From Kiritimatiellia bacterium (GTDB lineage: Bacteria > Verrucomicrobiota > Kiritimatiellia > RFP12 > UBA1067): a stretch of 64,000 nt of DNA. The position numbers were made by a program, and so were the translations under genes. The stretch covers positions 9,508 to 73,507 of the forward strand of contig JAWOEI010000028.1 of the NCBI GenBank assembly GCA_046482825.1, written 5' to 3'. The notes beneath the pieces were generated by a model that worked only from the letters and a program-made list of their open reading frames with translations, did not search any database and had not been told where the DNA came from. This document shows, one piece after another, positions 58,459 to 64,000 of this stretch. The first letter of the stretch is position 1, and each line of letters starts with the position of its first letter.

Positions 58459-59766
58459 TTAAAAAGTGCCGGTCAGTGGTCTAAGCAATGGGGGAGGCGC
58501 ATTCTGATTCAGAAAGAGTTCACCAAGTTCACGAATCATTCTTTCCGGTGCTGCATCAATATTCTGTTCAGGGTTCAGAAAAAGTCTTAACTGGTTCCCA
58601 AGATCGAGAAATGTTTTATTGTATGGTGTTGCGGAAAGAAGAATGACTTTTGACTCATTCTGCATTATATATTCCCGAACAAACCGGTAACGCTGCCCCT
58701 CACGATTTCGAAGGTTATGAGACTCATCAATAATAACAAGCTGATAGCGACGCTCCTTTGATAATTTCTTTGCCTGTGTAACGGGCAGCACTTTCATCTG
58801 AACGCCATACTTATGTGCATAATCCTCCCACATGGATTTAAGATTAGGCGGACATATCACGAGGATACGTAAATGGTCGAAAAGGCTGGCAACAGCCGTT
58901 GCCGTAATAGTTTTTCCAAGCCCGACGACATCCCCTATCAGAACACCCCCATGCTCTTTTAATTTTTTGGCAGCAACCTTAACCGCATCTTTCTGAAAAT
59001 CAAATAAAATACGCTCAAACTGTTCAGGCAGAACCTCCTCAGCAATACCCGTGCGGGCCTCCTGCGAAAGCGTATATGCCATTTTAAGATAGATATGATA
59101 GGGAGGTACTATATCTTCACGTGCCCAGCTCTCTTCTATAACTGTTATCAGGTCTTCACTGATATCGATACTGAATCCATCTGTCCAACGCAGTTCGAAC
59201 CACTTAGCAAGTTTCTGTGCTGAATCGGGGTCTACAACATCAACATTCAGTTCCCCCTGCTTAGAGAGTCCTGAAAATGTCAAATTACTGCTACCCACAT
59301 AACCTATAGCCGGATTATCCGGGTCATCCCGGAATGCCATATAGAGTTTTGCATGTAACGGATAACCGGCAAAGAGCTTTACAACAAGCTTCTTTGTTCT
59401 CAGTTGTTTGCACAGACGACGCAGCCCTTCCTCATCAGCGTCAGTAGGCACTCCATAACATAACTGCTTACGAAAGGACTCGGCCAGCTCTTTCTTAAGA
59501 CGGATCACCTTTCCTTGATCCATCCTTTTCTGAGGCACTGCGCTTAATGCATGACGAAGCTCTCTTTCTTCTGAAAGAGCCATACCAACCAGTAATCGAC
59601 ATTGCCTTCCTTCAACGCCCTCAAAATCAGCTATTTGGGAATCAAGCTCTTTCCAGCCACGAAGGTTAAAGTAACCCACGCAAAAGTCAGCACGATGGGC
59701 TTTTGATAGAGAGTTCTGCAATGCCTCTGTTAAAGATTTATCTATATTGTCAAAAATGCGCGGCAT
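58459..59766 (-). pseudogene. Truncated PLD-nuclease/SNF2-helicase fusion gene (N-terminal ~420 codons only), interrupted at the IS junction
   Basis: PLD HxK motif LHAKLY...GSSNLT, then SNF2/DEAD-like motifs GDVVGLGKT (I), IIDESHNLRN (II) and LLSATP (III). The helicase C-terminal lobe is absent. The frame runs about 14 codons into the IS end before stopping. Start taken at ATG 59766 (MPRIFDNID) with a GGGAGAG ribosome-binding site. Confidence 0.75.
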
Positions 59767-60062
59767 TCCACTCTCCCACCCCATTGGAAAACAAATAAAA
59801 ATTAATATTAATATAATACGATTATCTTCAGGTGAATTAAATATAAATTAAGCAACGCAACTAATTTTTTGTAATTTTGACAAAGTGTGATCAAAATTGT
59901 GCTCAATTCGCTTACCACGCTACATGTTTCGTGTTATAGTTGTATGGTTTGCTGGGTAAACTTTTTTTTATTGGAGAGTGCTCAATGGTCATTTAAACTG
60001 GTGGTGCTTGAGGAGACACACGGCAAGGCATGCAACAGGGAAAACAACAGGACAGATATTAC

Positions 60063-60716
60063 ATGAAAACAATCATACTGCTACTCACTCTAACCACAGC
60101 CTTTCATTGTCCGGCGGATCCACCGAAACCGCTTTTTAACGGCAAAGACCTAACCGGCTGGAAAGTTGCTGATATCGGGGCCCACGGAGATGTAAAGGTT
60201 CTCCCCGACGGCATTGTCGAATGCGGCATAGGCCACTCAATAACCGGAATAGCCTATACAAACAGCTTCCCTGCAATGAACTATGAACTCTCAATAGAGG
60301 GCATGCGCAAAGAGGGTTCCGACTTTTTCATGGCATTGACCATTCCGGTCGAAACCAGCTTCTGCACGGTAATCATCGGTGGCTGGGGCGGAGGCCTGTG
60401 CGGCATTTCCTCCTACGACGGCAACGATGCCGCCAACAACCAGTGGGCGGAAGGTCTGCTGCTTAAAGACAATGCCTGGTACAGGCTGAAAGTCAGAGTA
60501 ACCCCCGGTGTTATCCAGGTTTCACTGAATAAAGATTTGTACACTGCGAGAGTGGAATACGATGACTGCAAACGCCTTAGTCTGCGCTTCGGCGATATAG
60601 AGGAGACACTCCCTTTAGGGCTGGCCACCTTTGAAACAAAAGCACACTGGCGCAATTTTACGTTTAAAAAGATCAAAAAACTGCGCCCGGAGGATAAGCC
60701 CCGGATAGAATATTAA
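60063..60716 (+). CDS. Secreted DUF1080 (3-keto-disaccharide hydrolase-like, concanavalin fold) domain protein
   Basis: Signal peptide MKTIILLLTLTTAF, then the FNGKDLTGWK...HWRNFTFKKI pattern typical of DUF1080. Confidence 0.7.
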   Translation: MKTIILLLTLTTAFHCPADPPKPLFNGKDLTGWKVADIGAHGDVKVLPDGIVECGIGHSITGIAYTNSFPAMNYELSIEGMRKEGSDFFMALTIPVETSFCTVIIGGWGGGLCGISSYDGNDAANNQWAEGLLLKDNAWYRLKVRVTPGVIQVSLNKDLYTARVEYDDCKRLSLRFGDIEETLPLGLATFETKAHWRNFTFKKIKKLRPEDKPRIEY

Positions 60717-60755
60717 GGGCCTCTAAAACTATAAGGCTTGCCATCTTCCATGCTT

Positions 60756-62282
60756 TCAAGCTCTCTCGTTTTTCAGAACGTTGACCGCCTGAATATAAGC
60801 CAGGATACTCGCTTCTATCACATCAGTGGATATACCGCGTCCATGATAGGTCTGTCCCCCTTCACGCACACGTACAGTGGCTTCACACTGCGCATCACGA
60901 CCGCCGTCAATAGCGGAAAGCTCAAAGCTTTCGAGCTCTATCTGCAAGCCGACAACAGTGTTTATCGCCGAAAAAGAAGCGCTTATCGGGCCGTCGCCAA
61001 TCGAAACCTCCTCCATAAGTTCGCCGTTTACAGACAGACGGACAGTGCTTACAGGGGTAATAACATTGCTTGCCGTAGTATTAAACCTATCAAGCTTGAT
61101 ACCTGAAGCCACCATGGTCTGCAGATCGTAAGCCAAAGCCTCGATATCATTATCACTGACGTATTTCTTACGATCAGCAAGATCCTTGAACCTGGTGAAC
61201 AGATCAGCAATACGGGTTTCATCAAATTTAAAACCCAATTCCTGCAGACGATCCTCGAAAGCATGTCTGCCGGAATGTTTACCCAGCACCATTTTGTTTG
61301 TGGGCAGCCCTATCGACTCAGGAGTCATTATTTCATAAGTCAACGGATTCGAAAGCATTCCATGTTGATGAATCCCGGATTCATGCGCAAAAGCATTCTC
61401 TCCGACAACAGCCTTGTTAGCCTGCACACGGCTGCCGGTAACATTCACTACACAACGACTCGCGGGATAAATTTTTGTCGTATCTATGCCTGTATAAGCC
61501 TGATAATAATCCTTGCGGGTCTGCATAGCCATTACAATCTCTTCGACACCGGCATTGCCAGCGCGTTCTCCTATACCATTTACCGTGCATTCAACCTGCT
61601 CTGCTCCCGCCTTCACAGCGGCCAGAGAGTTAGCCGTGCCCAGACCGAGATCATTGTGGCAATGCACAGATATACATGCCTTGTCAATGTTGGGAACATT
61701 ATTACGAATATCAGCGATAAGTCTGCCGAATTCCTCCGGCACTGCATAGCCTACTGTGTCCGGTATGTTGATCGTTGAAGCACCCGCAGCGACAGCCCCT
61801 TCAATAATACGGTAAATGAAAGGTCTTTCACTGCGTGAACAGTCCTCCAGAGAAAACTCAACGTCTTCACAGAGATTCCTTGCATATTTCACCATATCAA
61901 CAGCGCGCTTATACACATCTTCAGGAGACATTTTCAATTTAAACTCCATGTGTATGGGAGATGTCGCAATAAAGGTGTGAAGACGAGGTCGCACAGCATT
62001 TTTCACCGCATCCCAGGCACAGTCTATGTCTTTTTCCAGCGCACGGCACAGGCTGGACACACTGGCATTCCTGACAACTCCGGAAATTGCTTTTACAGCC
62101 TCGAAATCACCTTTCGAAGCTATCGCGAAACCGGCTTCGATTACATCGACCTTGAGTTCCTCAAGATGTTCGGCAACAAGCAGCTTATCCTGCAGATTCA
62201 TTGTACAACCAGGAGATTGTTCACCATCGCGCAATGTAGTATCAAAAATATATACGCGTTTCATATCACTGTTTTCACTCAT
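60756..62282 (-). CDS. leuA: 2-isopropylmalate synthase (long form with a C-terminal LeuA regulatory domain)
   Basis: IFDTTLRDGEQSPG, HCHNDLGLG and a C-terminal allosteric domain. ATG 62282 is preceded by GAAGGAGAAAAA. Confidence 0.95.
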   Translation of the reverse strand: MSENSDMKRVYIFDTTLRDGEQSPGCTMNLQDKLLVAEHLEELKVDVIEAGFAIASKGDFEAVKAISGVVRNASVSSLCRALEKDIDCAWDAVKNAVRPRLHTFIATSPIHMEFKLKMSPEDVYKRAVDMVKYARNLCEDVEFSLEDCSRSERPFIYRIIEGAVAAGASTINIPDTVGYAVPEEFGRLIADIRNNVPNIDKACISVHCHNDLGLGTANSLAAVKAGAEQVECTVNGIGERAGNAGVEEIVMAMQTRKDYYQAYTGIDTTKIYPASRCVVNVTGSRVQANKAVVGENAFAHESGIHQHGMLSNPLTYEIMTPESIGLPTNKMVLGKHSGRHAFEDRLQELGFKFDETRIADLFTRFKDLADRKKYVSDNDIEALAYDLQTMVASGIKLDRFNTTASNVITPVSTVRLSVNGELMEEVSIGDGPISASFSAINTVVGLQIELESFELSAIDGGRDAQCEATVRVREGGQTYHGRGISTDVIEASILAYIQAVNVLKNERA

Positions 62283-62321
62283 TTTTTCTCCTTCGCCCGC
62301 AACCCGGCCTGTAATTCCGAC

Positions 62322-62360
62322 AAAAAAAACTCCCGCGGACACAGCGTCAGGTCACGGGAG
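62322..62360 (-). terminator. Intrinsic terminator hairpin plus U8 in the leuA 5' leader (candidate attenuator)
   Basis: On the minus strand: CTCCCGTGAC-CTGACGCTGT-GTCCGCGGGAG followed by TTTTTTTT. It ends about 40 nt upstream of the leuA ATG, and no upstream minus-strand gene is available for it to terminate. Confidence 0.7.
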
Positions 62361-62388
62361 TTCTGATTCGACTTAGCTTATATCAATG

Positions 62389-62487
62389 CTAATAACCAGC
62401 CGTCCCATGGCCGTGCAACAGCCATAGCTCGCCAAGTCGTAGATCAGCAACTGTTATCATCTTCTTCATTGCCCCTGATTTTTTCAT
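62389..62487 (-). CDS. Candidate leader peptide ORF upstream of the leuA terminator (speculative)
   Basis: 32 codons, MKKSGAMKKMITVADLRLGELWLLHGHGTAGY, with 5 Leu within 9 residues. The stop codon lies about 28 nt before the terminator stem. The ribosome-binding site is weak or too close (AGGTGAT directly before the ATG). Confidence 0.25.
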   Translation of the reverse strand: MKKSGAMKKMITVADLRLGELWLLHGHGTAGY

Positions 62488-62749
62488 ATCACCTGATAAT
62501 TGGCAAGCCCAATTTTTTAGCTTTTAAATGAATAATGTTTAATCTGTTTCAATGTATTGTGCTTAATATAGAAATAGGCGGTTTGATGAATTCAGAAAAA
62601 GTTGCCGCCTATAGAAGAGTCGTGTTCAATGCCCTATCACTTGATCAGACTCAGAGACTCTTGGAACTGGCTGTTGGCAAGTGCATTGGACCACAGGGAT
62701 ATTATTCTATTGTGAGTCAAATCGCATTTCTTTATCAAATAATTAAGGG

Positions 62750-62776
62750 TTGACATTTTACCCCCCCCCGCATAAT
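62750..62776 (+). promoter_or_regulatory. Near-consensus promoter with a C9 homopolymer in the spacer
   Basis: TTGACA (62750-62755), a 15-nt spacer TTTTA-CCCCCCCCC-G (C-run 62761-62769), then CATAAT (62771-62776). It lies about 150 nt upstream of the repeat-protein gene at 62924. Confidence 0.45.
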
Positions 62777-62923
62777 AAATGCCATTGATCAAAGAGGTTT
62801 TTATTGAAGGAAAAACTTCTTAATATGATACTGCAGGAGTTAGTTGTTATCAGTTATGTTTGATCATGACTGAAATATCGAACACTGGCACTATACATAA
62901 AACAAAACATGAAGGAGAAAACT

Positions 62924-64000
62924 ATGAACAGAAAAATTACAAGCACATGCGGCCTAACCGTATGCGCGTGTGTGTTTTTCAGCACGCTGTGCGCAGCTGG
63001 CACCACAAACACATGGGATGCCGATACCGGCACTGCGGGAGCCCAGGATGGCTCCGGATTCTGGTCAACCGGTACAGATAATACCAACTGGCTGGACAAC
63101 TCAGGGGTCAACATAAGCTGGGACAACTCTAATTATCCGGACACCACCATCATAGGCGCAGGCTCCGGAACGGCTGGCACAATCACACTTGAAGAAGATA
63201 TCACGGTCGGCGATCTGCGATTCAACGCGCCCGGATCCGGAAGTTATCTGCTTGAAGGCAATGGAAACAGCCTCAATTTCGGCATCGACAAGCCCCTGCT
63301 CTGGGTATCCACCGATGTGACAGTGACCAACAAAACCAGCAGTGACAACAACACCGTTGATCTCGACATCACCGGGGGCGGAACAATTGTTTTTGAAGGC
63401 TCAAACACCTTCCACTCCATCGATGTCATGGATGCAAATACTGCATGGTACGGTATCGAAGGAGGAGTTGCAGGCAGCACAATAAACATTCCCGCTGGAG
63501 CCTCGCTAGAAACAACAGGACACCCGCCTATCTATCAGTACAAAACTTTCGGATTCCGTTTGCGAGATGATGTCACACTCAATATTGACGGAAAATTAAC
63601 CGTAAATTACACGATAGGAGGACATGCAGTTGAGGACCTTTTTGAGATAAACATCAATCCGGGAGCACAGCTCAAGAGCACATCAGACATACAGCTCGGC
63701 TGGAATGCTCGGGGGACAATGAACATTAATGGCGGTTACGTCGAAGTAATAAATGTGACACATACGGATAGCAGCACAGGATATCTCAACTTAAATGGAG
63801 GAACCCTTGCAACTCATCGCATCATGTCAAGTACGGGCCAAGGAGCATTTGAGATCGCCTACAACGGAGGCCTTCTAAAAGCACGAAACAACGACCTGCT
63901 GAAAGAGACTTCCTTAAAAAACGAAGTGGCGACTTATCTGGTGAAAGACGGCGGCGCACATATCGACTCTAATGAAAAAGATATTGAAACGATTGTTCCG
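62924..64000 (+). CDS. Autotransporter-associated beta-strand repeat-type surface protein, N-terminal part (3' end lies outside the window)
   Basis: AAGGAGA ribosome-binding site and signal peptide MNRKITSTCGLTVCACVFFSTLCAAG, then TNTWDADTGTAGAQDGSGFW...GGGTIVFEGSNTF...LNLNGGTLA repeats characteristic of PVC-type passenger repeats. The frame is open to the window end (359 codons). Confidence 0.75.
   Translation, partial: MNRKITSTCGLTVCACVFFSTLCAAGTTNTWDADTGTAGAQDGSGFWSTGTDNTNWLDNSGVNISWDNSNYPDTTIIGAGSGTAGTITLEEDITVGDLRFNAPGSGSYLLEGNGNSLNFGIDKPLLWVSTDVTVTNKTSSDNNTVDLDITGGGTIVFEGSNTFHSIDVMDANTAWYGIEGGVAGSTINIPAGASLETTGHPPIYQYKTFGFRLRDDVTLNIDGKLTVNYTIGGHAVEDLFEININPGAQLKSTSDIQLGWNARGTMNINGGYVEVINVTHTDSSTGYLNLNGGTLATHRIMSSTGQGAFEIAYNGGLLKARNNDLLKETSLKNEVATYLVKDGGAHIDSNEKDIETIVP

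Larger units (their letters stand above)
56976..58501 (+). mobile_element. IS3-family insertion sequence (orfA/orfB with programmed -1 frameshift)
   Basis: Perfect 18-bp inverted repeats TTAAGTGGAATCTGCGTC (57007-57024) and GACGCAGATTCCACTTAA (58445-58462). Imperfect complementarity continues outward to TGCGC (56976) and GCGCA (58501), giving IS3-like TG...CA tips. The outer boundary is uncertain, and no target-site duplication was seen. Confidence 0.8.

Noticed and set aside
58101-58484. A 127-aa plus-strand ORF in the IS 3' tail.
   Set aside because: It overlaps the orfB end, spans hairpins and the palindromic element, and has R/S/T/Q-rich non-protein-like composition.
59785-60062. A search for an attR-type direct repeat of the tRNA-Arg 3' end that would delimit the island.
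   Set aside because: No copy of the tRNA 3' segment (…GGTTCGAATCCTGCC…) is visible by eye in this AT-rich spacer or elsewhere downstream. The island boundary is therefore inferred only from composition and gene content.
62283-62530. A T-box or known riboswitch as the explanation for the leuA leader.
   Set aside because: No T-box consensus (…GGGTGGTACCGCG-like) or specifier-loop architecture is seen. Only a terminator and a small ORF are evident.
62535-62753. A 72-aa plus-strand ORF between leuA and the repeat-protein gene.
   Set aside because: It is AT-rich with no clear ribosome-binding site and no recognisable family. Its stop codon overlaps the putative -35 element. It may be real, but the support is insufficient.

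Overview
The window is mostly a housekeeping chromosomal segment. Judging by an autotransporter-associated beta-strand repeat protein, GspG-domain proteins, a giant secreted peptidase and glycan-degrading enzymes, it probably comes from a PVC-type bacterium (Kiritimatiellota, Verrucomicrobiota or Lentisphaerota); that assignment is an inference only. Recognisable genes include: a PaaK-ACT-PaaK aryl-CoA ligase cluster; a TPP riboswitch driving a Thi4-type thiazole synthase; GH29 fucosidase; dnaG; rpsP-trmD-rplS; clpC; murJ; an MsbA-like ABC exporter; trxB; three translationally coupled PilB/PilT/PilB ATPases; gatCAB; a 1646-aa C25 (gingipain-like) peptidase; apbE; pyrC; tatD; blc; ychF; hisI; rhaA plus a class II aldolase; frr; pyrH; E2/E3 of a 2-oxoacid dehydrogenase; nth; gltS; leuA; and two tRNAs. 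I did not find a clear intact novel multi-gene system. The observations most worth follow-up are: (1) a dispersed family of imperfect palindromic intergenic elements; (2) a decayed island next to tRNA-Arg, containing an IS3-family element and a truncated PLD-SNF2 helicase; (3) a C9 tract inside the spacer of a near-consensus promoter upstream of a surface repeat protein, which may be phase-variable; (4) a terminator plus a small Leu-containing ORF in the leuA leader; (5) a zinc-ribbon/TM/GspG-domain protein with no prepilin leader; and (6) the orphan ATPase trio. All coordinates and motifs were read by eye. No database search was run.
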